Made by a program: the position numbers and the translations under genes. This document shows, one piece after another, positions 1-11,300 of a stretch of DNA of 64,000 nt. Where the stretch lies: positions 1-64,000 of the forward strand of contig CAJINV010000036.1 of assembly GCA_905178155.1 (NCBI GenBank). The letters are read 5' to 3'. Under the pieces are notes generated by a model that saw only the letters and a list, made by a program, of their open reading frames with translations, was not told where the DNA came from and searched no databases. Source of the stretch: Amoebophrya sp. A120 (lineage: Eukaryota > Protista > Dinoflagellata). Position 1 is the stretch's first letter. Every line of letters begins with the position of its first letter.

Positions 1-614
1 TCGCACATTGGAAAGGGCTGGCAGATCCCTGGTAAGCAAATGCACGGGGTACGACTGGACCCGCTCTCCATGCGGGGGTCGTGCCAAAAATTTTTATGTC
101 CCACCCGCCCACCCGTTACGCTGATTCTTCGCGCCCGCGAGCGGCCACTCGCGGTGACAGAAGAACGAACAGGGAGGGGGCGTAGAGGCATCCCAGCGGG
201 CTGTCTCTACTGTGAGGGACCTGGAAGCCCTCGCTCTCTCTCCCCATCACGCCAATACTCATGCCCCTTCTGGTGGAAAAAAAATCAGAAGATGTCCGTC
301 GTGATAGGGGGTAGCACAACATCAAACTTACGGCATGTTGATGTTGGGTAGTGCAGGTATAAGTACAACTGCACCACTGGCCTGCCTGCGTCTAAGCAAA
401 AGGAAAATCTAAAGCTCGGTGCTGATCAGACACCAAAATGTAGATCAAAACAAGCCAAAGTGACTACTCCAGTACTGCTCGCGCTCAGTGTGAATAGTAT
501 TCGGATCTTTAGGTCACAACACCGACATTCCTAGGTCGTTGTCATGATCACCAGAATGAGATCAAATTTCTTCGATATAAAAGATGGCTCAGCGGAAATG
601 AGAGGATCAAGAAA

Positions 615-836
615 GAGTGAGGTAACAAATTAATTCCTTAAGTTACCGGGTAACTTAGTATCCGGCCGGCCGCCGGACGCTAAGTTACCCGATTCCAGCC
701 GCCAGCCCGTTCCAGCGGATCGGACCGCTCCCGGGATCCCGGAGGCTGGCGGCTGGAACCGGGTAACTTAGTGTCCGGCGGCCGGCCGGATGCTAAGTTA
801 CCCGGTAACTTAAGGAATGAATTTGTTACCTCACTC
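615..836. mobile_element. Foldback/MITE-like element with ~90-bp inverted arms, possible 3-bp TSD (AAA)
   Basis: GAGTGAGGTAACAAAT... at 615 is the reverse complement of ...ATTTGTTACCTCACTC ending at 836. The arms pair almost fully and are flanked by aaa on both sides. Confidence 0.75.
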
Positions 837-1184
837 AAATAACTCAATGAAGGAATGCAATCGAAAACGCACTAGAACATGTTGCGATCCATTGATTGAT
901 GCATGTCTTATCTTCAAACTTCTTTTCAGTGAAAGTCAAAGGAATCAGCGCACAATCAGTGTGACTTACAATTAGCAGTGCCGTTTTATCAACATCATTG
1001 CTTGCGATTTGCATTTGTAGAGCTAGAGGTGTATTTACGCTGGCACGCACACGCTACAAGATCGAAGCTGAACTTCGGGCCGATTTTTTACAACATGAAG
1101 TAGAGTTTGTTGAAAGTAATATAGTAAATCGTTTATTTTTCTTTGCAACCGCTATCCTATTCGAACGAAACTACAAGCAGCAAA

Positions 1185-4100
1185 ATGGCGTTTTTTGGTC
1201 TGAAGGTGAAGCCGGGAAAGCCGGTCGCAGTCGAGGATCCGTTGTCCCCTATGTTGTTTTTGTCTCGCGTCACGGTGCCCGCTGACATGCAGAAGGGGCA
1301 GAAAGCGACGCTGAAAATCATCTCAGCGCAGGACAAACAAAAGTATAATTTGAATCGTAGATACACGTTACAAGATCGAAAGTTCTTCAACACGCAGAAG
1401 TGTCTGCATTTTTACCGCGGCTGATGAATAAATGGCGAAATAAATGTAAATAGTTCTTGTCTGCTACAGCTTTCATCTGCCTGAAAGTGAAAAACCAAGC
1501 CACGAAGTTCTAATTCTAGTTCTACAGATTTTCGAAAAAAATAACAGCCCGTCTGGATTTGCCGTTGCGGTGTTGAAGCCAGGTTTCGAATCGGCCGCTG
1601 TCAACCTCTATGTTGATCTATGCATTGCAAAAGTATCGTACTAGTAGTAATTGCAACACAAATTTGCTCAGCATGACAAATGGAATTTGTCATGCTGATT
1701 TGCGTTGGGAACGAGATTTGTAATGCATGACTGCAATTACTACGAGTACGATACTTTTGCACAGGATATGATCCGATGGAAACCAAATTCGTAGCTGACG
1801 GGCCGGTTGCCCTGGATTTGACCGGATACTACGCACCGGATCAAGGGGATGACGATGACGATATGGATTGTAAAAATGTCTGGGTCTGGGAGATTGCGAG
1901 ACTTGTCATGCTAATCTGGCATGACTCTGGCATCTGTATTGCGTGGCAGCCAAGAGCTCCTCTAGCCTGTCAAGTAAACACGCAGTTTCTCATGCGGAAT
2001 ACGCAACACAGAAGCATGAAAAAACTTGTCATGCTTGGCGGCGCATATACAGTGTCCGTATTATTCAGTGACCTGCATCACAACTTTCCAGACCCAGACA
2101 TTTTTGCATTTGATAGACGAGTCGATGGAGTCGATGGATCTGGATGAGGAAAAGGCAACGCAAGGCGAGGAATCTTCCGACAAGGACAAGGTACTACACA
2201 CAAGCTGATTTCGATTTTGAATAAAAGTAAATCTTAAAACTGAATTTCACCTAAATCCGAAGTATGTAGGGATAACGATAGCATAGCTGTCGTGCTGACC
2301 TCTACTCGAATAGTAATATGACACGACGCTGCTAACAGCAACAGACCACGTCCTTGCTCGCATGAAATGATAGATAAGTTTAAGTAGTACATCACGGCCA
2401 ACAACATCTTCACTACAGAAGCGCGCGGAGGACAAGAAGTTTTGCCGCGACGTGGAGAAGCGGTCGCACTTGGTGCCACCATATCAACTGTAAAAATGTC
2501 TGGGTCTGGAAGAATCCAACTTGTCATGCTGATTTTGGATTCTAAACAAATCTGTATTGCATGAGCAGCAAAGAGAGTCCAAGTTTTGCTACACGGAAAG
2601 AGCATTTGTCATGCGGTATAGGCATCAGCAAGCCCTCACAAAATCTGTGACGCTAGGGCATGCATCACAGACGTCAGGAGTCATGCAAAATGTGCATGAC
2701 AAACCTGGCAATCTTCCAGACCCAGACATTTTTACATTTGATACACCAACGATGGACGACGAGGAGGAGGAGGAAGAAGAGGAGTACGAGTCTGACAGCG
2801 AATTGGAAAAAACGGTAGCTATGCTGAATGACCGCGCCGCTGTCAGTGCTGGTGCTGCAAAGAAGGATCAGCAGCCCGCGTCCGAGTCGGCTGACAAAAA
2901 AAATGTAACCTCAACTACTCCTGTGGAGAAGAAAAGCGAGCAAGTGTCTCCTGCCGCCGCAAAGCCGAAAATTGAAGCCGTGGAACTGCAGAACGACGTT
3001 CCCTCCGCCGCTCCTGCGACGGAGGAACAGAAGAAAACCGAAGACAAAAAGAACGCAGGCGCAAAGCCAACCACGACCAGTGCCGACAAGAACGAGAAGG
3101 AGGTAGCAAAACCGGCTGCCAAGGAAACCGTCGAGTCGGACCTCGAAGACATGAGCAGTACTATACTTGGTTCCGGGCGACTTCGATAGACTTTAGAGCG
3201 CTTAGTTATAGATGCACTATAGTTGAACTTTAGATAAACTATAGACTTTTTGTGTTCGGCCGTGAATTCTTTGTGGCCCTCCCGTTGGCGCCTGCCTTGT
3301 TGGCTGCCCATACTCACGAAAAAGCTCGCATTGCTCGAATTTACGGGCAAAAGCCCGGACTGTCAGACCAAAAGCCCGGACGGCCAGGCACTCACTTCCG
3401 AGATCTTCTGCGGCCTCGCACCTGCCTCGCCGCCTCTCCATCCTGCTGGTTGGCCCAGCTTTCCGCGCTGAATTCGCCAAGCAAAGGCATATTTTGGCGC
3501 AAGGTTTCCCGCGCGCCCGCAGTTTGGCGGATTTCTTCAACCATGTGGCGCAAGAACAGCCGGACCATTGTCGCAGCGCCGGCTGGCCTCCCCCCTCTGT
3601 CTTGATCCATATGCAGAAAAAAAGAGGCGCCGGAGTGAAAAAGTGCGCAAAGTCAAACACTTTTAAAGCAAAAGTCATGGACTTGGCACACTTTTTCGGC
3701 CCTGCGCCTGTTTTCTGCAGAGTTCGTGGCGCCATGATCTTTGCGTGGGTGGCGCATTGCCTGCGTCGCGCGGCGGAAAAAGGTAGGCGGCCGGATGATG
3801 TCTGTACATATGTCGATCGTGTTCAGAAAAGCTCTCTGCCATTTGTGCAGGATTCGTTTCAGAAATTCCTGCCTGAGCAGGCAGCTCTTTCTATTAAAAA
3901 GCAGCTTTTTTCCAATAGAAAAAGCTGCCGCAGGCAGCTTTCACGGAGGCAACTTTTTCTATGTGTTGGAAAAAAGCTGCCTGAGGCGGCTTTTTGGCTC
4001 AATTTGGAAAAAGCTGCCCAGGCAGCTTTTGTTTTTTATCTGAAAAAAGCTGACTGAGGCAGCTTTTGTTATTTGACAAAAGCTGTCTGAGGGAGCTTTG

Positions 4101-6732
4101 TTATTTGTGCCAAGGAAACCGTCGAGTCGGACCTCGAAGACATGAGCAGTATACCTTTTTGCGTTTTGAGTAGTAGTTAAGGGTTGAAAAAGTTAAGGTT
4201 TGCGTCAGGGTTCTTTTGGTTCGTGGTTTCATAGATGTCGCAGCCCCCGCCATTGTTCCTGTTCGCACAGATTTTGTGCGAGGTCATCGCCCATCCAGAT
4301 TTTGTGCGAGGTGTCGCCTCAATTCTGACGAGCGCGCGCTGGCTGATTTGTGGGTCAGCATTTCCCTCGAGATCTAGGCTGGCATCTACGCCAGGCGAGC
4401 CGCCTCGCCCCGCGCGTTACTTGGTACACGGGGCAGGCTGCCCGGCTTTTATGCCTCCGGATCTCGTTCCGCAATCTTGCGGGACGACGTTCGGAGGCAG
4501 AGGTAGAACACCTTCCTGGCCAACCACAGAGATTTTTGTCTCTGTGGTGGCTGCCGCCAAGGCGGCAAGGTTTTGCTCAGGGTTTTGCTTCGAAAAGGCT
4601 CACCGCAATCGAAGCAAAAACTTATTTTTTTCGGGAGCTTCCCCCGAGCTAATAAAATAAGTTTTTGCTTTCGCTTTGCTCTCCTTTTTGTGAACGAAAG
4701 CGCGGAGTTGTTCTGGGCCGGTAGGTTCGCCCATATCGTGTCCAGGCAACCTGCCTGGCCTTGCAAGCTACTTGGAACAAATGGCAGGGCGCCCGGCTTT
4801 TCTGCCTCCGGATCTCGTTCCGCAATCTTGCGGGACGACGTTCGGAGGCAGAGGCAGAGCACCTTCCTGGCCAACCAAAGAGACGCCTGTTGATGCTGAG
4901 GCGTCCGCCGCCGACCTCATCTGCAAACCAAAGCCCGATTTTATTAGGTGGCGTTTCGGAGAAAAAATAATTAAGGTTGTGGTTTGAAGATGAGGTCGGC
5001 AACCCGGTTTGCCCGGGGCTTCCTCCGAGCTAGTAAGGTATGCCAAAGAAGCCGTCGAGTCGGACCTCGAAGACATGAGCAGTATACCTTTTTGCGTTTT
5101 GATTAGGGGAGAAAAATCCATTGCTATCATCAAAATCCTGACCAGAACACGCGAAAAAAAAAGGCTGTTTTTTGGGGCTTTAAACTTTTTCTTTTTTTAG
5201 GCAGTCGACGTCTTCGCGCAACCACTCCGAATAAACGTCTGGGCCCGCCTGGGCAGCCATGGTTTGTCGCTGCTTCGGTTGTCGGGTCTTCTTGGAGTCT
5301 TGCCCCACATGTGCCGGCCGTTCAAGGCGAGGGAGCCCCGGCTGTGAGCGCGCAGCCCTTAGCAAGGCTTCAGGATTTCTGCTCCTCGCCACTGTCGATG
5401 GCGCTTGCGGGTTCCCAAGGCGAGAGCTTTCGAAAGAACAAGACAGCGCCATTAGATTTCGTCCTGCCCGGCCCCGAAGGGGGGTGGCTAGGGGGGTCGG
5501 TTTTGCGGGTACGTCAAATCGCCGGATTCTATAGGGGAGAAGGGGGTCACTTTTGGGGGTCGTTTTTGGGGGTGGCTTCTGGGGCTCTTGTTATTGTTGG
5601 CAAGTGCGGCCTCGTAGGTCTGACTCTTCCCGCCAGACCGATCGGGCCACAACAGGACTGGACTTGATGCGCCCGCCGGGCTGCGTCGGTCCTAGAACCG
5701 GGGCGATGGCCTGACCGCCTTCGGCACCTGGGAAACACGGGGGGCGAGCACCCGGCGGCGCCGCTCACTCCTTCTACCCAATGGCTTCCTGCTGAAGTTT
5801 TCATTTATGTGAAACGCAAAAGCCGCAAGCTAAATTTGCCGGGGCTGCGGCGCTCGCAAGCGGTCTGCCAAATAGGGCGAGACCCCCCAAAAAACAGCCA
5901 ATAGGCTGCCAAGGAAACCGTCGAGTCGGGCCTCGAAGACATTATGGATTGCAAATATGTCTGCGTCTGGAAGAAGACAAACTTGTGATGCGCATTTCAG
6001 AACACAGAAGAATCTCTCATGCATAGGTAGCAAACGCTGCCCAATTTCTGTCACCAGAGTGGGCGATTTGTCATGCGGATTCGGCATTGCGAAAGCTTCT
6101 CGAAACCTGTTATGATAGAGCTTCCATGCCACACCTTCTCTGTCATGCAAAACCAGCATGACTCTTCCAGACCCAGACATTTTTACATCTGATAGACATG
6201 ACGAGCAGTATACCTTTTTGCGTCTCGAGCAGTAGCCTTGCCGCCATTTCACGATCCATATCCCCTGGCTTATGCTTTACCAATGAATTGATATCTTCTT
6301 CTTCATCAATCTATGATAACGAAAATAAAGAGGGGCTGCGGCAACTTCTTGGACTACTTCTATACATAGCATGGTGCGACGAGGACAACCACAACTTCCG
6401 TGTTGAGTATGAAAATCAAATGAATAACTAAAATATCGAAAAACGCAGCTGACGAAGAGGAAGAGTTATACGAAGAGGAGGATTTCGACCCCGACGAGGA
6501 AATCATCGCCCTTGTGCGGGAGGCGAAAAGCCGCGGCCTGCAGATCAATCCAGCCTTGCTGGCGAACTACGAGGAGGCCCTTCGTCGCACCGGAGAAGAG
6601 GACATGGAATTGGCGCCCCCGACCAAGAAGCAGAAGCCGGCTGCAGAACAGGGGGCCAAAACGGTGGCACCCCCTCAAGGGAATAAAAGCAACCAGAACA
6701 AGCAGACCAACGTCAAAGTGAACAAGAAATAA
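1185..6732 (+). CDS. Nucleoplasmin-like (NPL) domain protein with acidic and Lys-rich tracts (putative histone chaperone), multi-exon
   Basis: Reads MAFFGLKVKPGKP...LFLSRVT...FAVAVLKPGFESAAVNLYVDPMETKFVADGPVALDLTGYY, an NPL fold as in HD2/FKBP39 N-termini. GT-AG introns at 1343-1547, 2191-2418 and 3158-6448; three introners removed; ends ...VKVNKK*. Confidence 0.8.
1619..1768. mobile_element. Introner, family B, TSD TGATC
   Basis: TATGCATTGCAAAAGTATCGTACT...AGTACGATACTTTTGCACAGGATA. Excision plus one TSD gives Y-V-D-P-M-E. Confidence 0.92.
1862..2115. mobile_element. Introner, family A, TSD GACGA
   Basis: TATGGATTGTAAAAATGTCTGGGTCTGG...CCAGACCCAGACATTTTTGCATTTGATA. Removing 259 nt joins DDDD to ESMESMDLDEE. 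Confidence 0.92.
2482..2743. mobile_element. Introner, family A, TSD CACCA
   Basis: Family A TIRs. The join gives HLVPPTMDDEEEE. Confidence 0.92.
3117..6235 (+). repeat. Four direct copies of an exon 3' end plus donor site separated by ~0.8-0.95-kb unrelated segments
   Basis: TGCCAAGGAAACCGTCGAGTCGGACCTCGAAGACATGAGCAGTA at ~3117, 4108, 5041 and 5907. Copies 2-4 continue TACCTTTTTGCGT. Confidence 0.9.
5943..6194. mobile_element. Introner, family A, TSD GACAT, inside exon-end copy 4
   Basis: Family A TIRs; GACAT on both sides. Confidence 0.9.
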
Positions 6733-8374
6733 ACAAGCCTGGCAAGACTAAGACACGGATCGCTGGCGCACCAGTATTGCCGCCCATCTGCAGCACGATT
6801 ATAAAATCATGGCGCTTCACCTTTATCTGATCGGCATAAACAATTTTTTGTGTTGATGAAATACAACGAAGGAACTAAGTGTAAATGTTGATCGAAGCTA
6901 GGAAACGAGGAATGTTGCCATGGCAATGAAGGCCAGGCGCCATCTTCACTACATGTTAACGCGGCAATGAATCATGATGAACTTGAACTTTCTGGTGCCC
7001 TGCATTTTCATTTTTATTCAAACACGCGCTGCACGAACACATAGCACCCTCCTCATACATATGTACTTTAGTAGTATTTTTTACTCTCAGCAGCAACATC
7101 ATATCCAGGATGATCGAGAGTAGTACGCTCCACACGTATTTTCGCTTCAGTCTAGACAGGCCCGGTACCGTACTACACGACGACGCAACAAAAAAAGATC
7201 GAAAAGGACGACAAATCAAAATCTGACCTTCATGCAAGCAAGCTATTCCGACTCCATCCATCTCCAACAACCTCATGATCTGCAGCAGCAGGCGTGGTCA
7301 TGATGATCTTTTATTTCATTTGTCTCTCTCCATTGCAGCAAAGAATTTTCTAATTCCCCGCTCCGTCCTGATCGGTGCCGTGAAGGAGCAGGTCGGTGTC
7401 GGTCTCGGTGTGATGCTGTTGCATGCAATTAATGTAAGTTTTGTCCTCATACATCGTTGTGAAAATCGTTCACTCGTCCCGTCACAAGCTTGGTTTCAAT
7501 TGCACAAAAAAATTCCAAAGGAATCGCTTAGCATTTTTCGTCCAAAGGAATCGATTAGCATTTTTCGCTGGAGAAGACTCCACTTCCTGCCGTTTATCTT
7601 CGTGCAAAGAAAAACATCTCCACAATGTGAATGTGTCATTCGGTCGTTCAAATATTCTACCTACCTAGTATGGCTTCGGTTTTGATGTGGTCTCAGTACG
7701 TATGGTTGAGTACCCTGTCGGTGGCCATCATCGGAAAATTGCTTTTTTTCGAATTATTTGTATGCGCAAAGTTGTGGTCTGCCGAACGGACAAAAAGCCA
7801 GATTTTTTGTTGTTTTTGGTCATTTTTCGTTTTTTTTTTCCGACTTGGTTACGCTAAATACCTACAATCATGAACGAGTTGTTCACTTCTTTTCCTTCTT
7901 TTCCTCAAGCTCAGGGAGACCTTTCGCACCCAGCCCCACTCCCCCATAGAAACTAGCATATCCTGCTGCCTGTAGATGTACACGTTGCCCTGGCCCTACC
8001 CATACTGTTGATCAGCGCTAAATATTTCAGATGCGGGCTTGCACTATATCCTAGTCTGGCATTGCATCGAGCTGAAAAGTAGAGTTGTTAGACAACGACT
8101 ATAATCAGTTTTTCTAATTCGTTTGTGTGCTGCTCCTTCAGCTTCATCTACATTTATTAGTCTCTTACATTTTAGTTTTACCTTTGACTTGCACGTCGTC
8201 ACCTCGACCTCCAGCAATTGCAAGTTATTATTTCTCTTCAAATTTAGCAGCCTGCTGCAACTGGCTACTTTCAGACGTGCTTTCGTGCTTCGACAGTGAT
8301 CGTCCTTCCACGACGCCTTACTTGGTCGTTGCACGAGCTCTAGAACGGCCTGCGGCTGCGGCAAGAACATCAGC

Positions 8375-11300
8375 ATGTTTCCTTCCAAATCCAGAAATTC
8401 TGCCTCGGCTTCTAGCTCTTCGAGTAGCAGCAACAGGTATCCAACACTGCTGAGCAGCGCGGGTGAACGAGTCCTGCTAGCCGGTCCATCTGCTACATCA
8501 ACCACTAAGCTGGATCCACAGGAGCATCGCGGCGGCTGCTCCAGAACAGCAAATGACGTCAACAAGGTGGCGCGAATCCCATCCTGCAGCTGCTGCTGTA
8601 GCTGCGATTCGTCTTTGCCGTTGGATCAGTTACAACACCTCCTGCTAACAGAGGAAATGTTTTTGGAGCGCGGCAGCACTTCTCCGGAGCAGCATTCTCG
8701 CAGCTGCTGTGCGGACCATGATGCAACTCCAACGTGTCTATTTGCTCCGCTCACCCTGGATCGGATAAAGACCCCGCCGGAGATCCTGGCGCTTCAGATG
8801 GAGAACCAGCACAATAACGCGGCACCCGACGGGTTCTCCTCGACGCCGTCGTCGTCATTGTCCTCATCGAGTGCTCATTTCGAGCAAGCAAAGCGGGTCG
8901 ACGTGTTTTCGCTGTTGCCGAACCACTTCCAGCATGCGCAGAGAAACCGGCAACGGCGACTGACGGACACGAACTATTTCCAGGAGTCGGCTCGGTTCGT
9001 CCCGGGGCGGAAGAAGACCAATCGCAACGCGTTTGAGCCCGCCATAATCGCGCCCAAGTCGCCCAAGGAACGCTCCGGTGCCCGCTCCGTGCGGGAGCAC
9101 CACGAGCTTGCGCTCGATTTTGCGGGCAAAAAAACGAAACCGAAACTCTACCTGCCACCGGAGGAAAAGGAGGAGCTGGATAACAGTGTGCTTTCCCCGC
9201 GCGGAACCACGGCCCGGTTGCAGCAGAAGATGAGCAAGCAAGAAACATCACTGCAAACGACGAGGACCGTGTTAGAAACCACCGCGAATATCGACCTCGG
9301 GACGTCGACGGCGAGCGCCGCCGCGCTGACCGACACCATGCGCCGCACGAACACCACGGCTACCGACTTATCCACCAAGGAGCTTCGCAGCATCATGGAC
9401 GAACTGATCATGCCCACGGAACGGCAGAAGTCGACCGCCCAACTGGAAATCGACAGCGACGAGGACCAGCTGTACACTTCGGACGAGGAGTTTAACAGCT
9501 TGAAACCCAAACAGAAGGAAAATAAACCCGGGGCCGGCCCGACTTCTCGCAACAAGAAAATACTAAACGCGAAGAGCGGCAAGCGTCCCCGGTCCTCGTC
9601 GCCACCGGTGAGCACCACTTCCAGGACCTCGTCCCCGCCCGGCCTCCAGCAGGCCGGCCAGGTTTCCGTGCAGGCCGGCGGCATTACCTTCATCCAGCGG
9701 TCCGAAAACGAGCAATTCGACGACTTCGCAGCAGAAGTTGACGAGGACGACTACGACTCGGACCTGTACAGCGAGAGCCAAGACGGGTTGTCCAGTTTGA
9801 ACGCGTTTTCGCCGGAGGAACGCATCAAGTTCCTGCAGACCAGCACCGACGAGGAGCTGTTGGAGAAGGGTGTTTTCCGGTTGCGCAAGGTCACCGTGGT
9901 CTCCGACCGCGCCACCGAGTTGCGCAGCAGAGAAGCTGTCGAAGAGGAGGGCCGGGACCGGGCGCGGAAGGGGCGGACCAAACTGATGTCGATCGCGGAA
10001 AACGATACGGAGCACGATTTACTGGTTCAGAAAAAGTACAGTGAGCCCGCGCGGGGGCACAGCCGGTCCGTGTTCGACACGTACATATGCATTGCAAAAG
10101 TAACGTACTAGTATAAATTGCATTACAAATTTCCTCAGCATGAGAAATAAAATCTGTAATGCAGATTTACCTTACCAAAGAGGATTTGTAATGCATGACT
10201 GCTATACGAGTACGATACTTTTGCACAGGATAGTACATGGACGACAGCGACGAGTCGTCCGAGGACGAGTCCGCGAGCAAACCCAAGGTGAGCAAGTTCG
10301 ACGGGCGGTCCTCGCAGGAGAAGCAGCGCACGCGCGTGGAGGAGATGGCGCGGCGCGCCGAGGCGGGCGCGGGCCGCCACGGGCCGTTCCAGCTGACCAA
10401 CGACGTGAGCCCGTTATCTCGGTTTGGCAACCTCGCCGTGCCGGGGGACTTTTTGATTCTGGAGGACGTGCCCGGGATCGCGAAGCTCTGGTTCTCCACG
10501 CCGGACACGCGGTCCGTGGGCAACACGGACCCGAAGCTGAGCCAGTTCCGGTCGCCCTCCACCATCGTGACCAACGCCGCTTTGTTCCCGCTCAAGGACC
10601 GGCAGTTTAACCGGCCCCCGCCCGGCGCCCGCGAAGACCTGGACGTGGAGGCCACCGAGTACACATTAGGGCTCGACGGCGACGACGAGGTGATTCTGGT
10701 GGACGTGCCGGACCCGGACACGATGAACTTGGTGGTGCCCCGCGCGGTCCGGGATCCGCACGAGTTCTCGCTGGAGGTGAACAGCAACCAGGCGCCGCGG
10801 AAGCAGATTCTGCTGGCCCGCATGGTGGAGGACCGGCGGCGGCTGGAGACGTCGCTGAAGCAGACCATCGTCATGCGCAAGGGCCAGGTGGACGCGATCT
10901 CCAAGCTGTTCGCCCGCGACGGGCAGAAGGCCACCCGCGCCTGCGGGCCCTTCTGCTTCCCGCGGTACTCGGAGTACAAGCCGGCGCACGGCATGGGGCT
11001 GCCGGTGGTCGAGATGATGCCCGTGTTCGAGGACCGCCGGAACCGGTTCTACCACGTGCGCCGCGTGCTGCGGCCGGCCCGGATCAACATGATCCGGAGC
11101 GCGCAGCAGAAGGAGATCGACCGCGTGCTGCTGGAGCAGAAGAAGGCCGCGGACCTCGCCAAGAAGGGCGGGGGGCTTTTCGGCATGAAGAAGAACTTGC
11201 TCCGCGACATGCTCAAAAAGGACGGCGGTCTGATGGACCAGGTCCGGTCTAGTATCCTGGTCGTGGACCACAAGTCGGTGCACCACAAACCCCCCTACCA

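Noticed and set aside
310-360. Small hairpin (CAACATCAA...TTGATGTTG) that may be the end of an element starting before the window
   Set aside because: The other end is not visible, so it cannot be supported.
1862-2115. Tc1/mariner-type TA target duplication for the elements
   Set aside because: TA belongs to the TAT/ATA termini. A 5-bp duplication lies outside it, and here TA-based removal (252 nt) leads to a stop.
3117-6235. CRISPR array or integron cassette array
   Set aside because: Eukaryotic context, spacers of ~0.9 kb, a repeat that is host exon sequence, and no cas or integrase genes.
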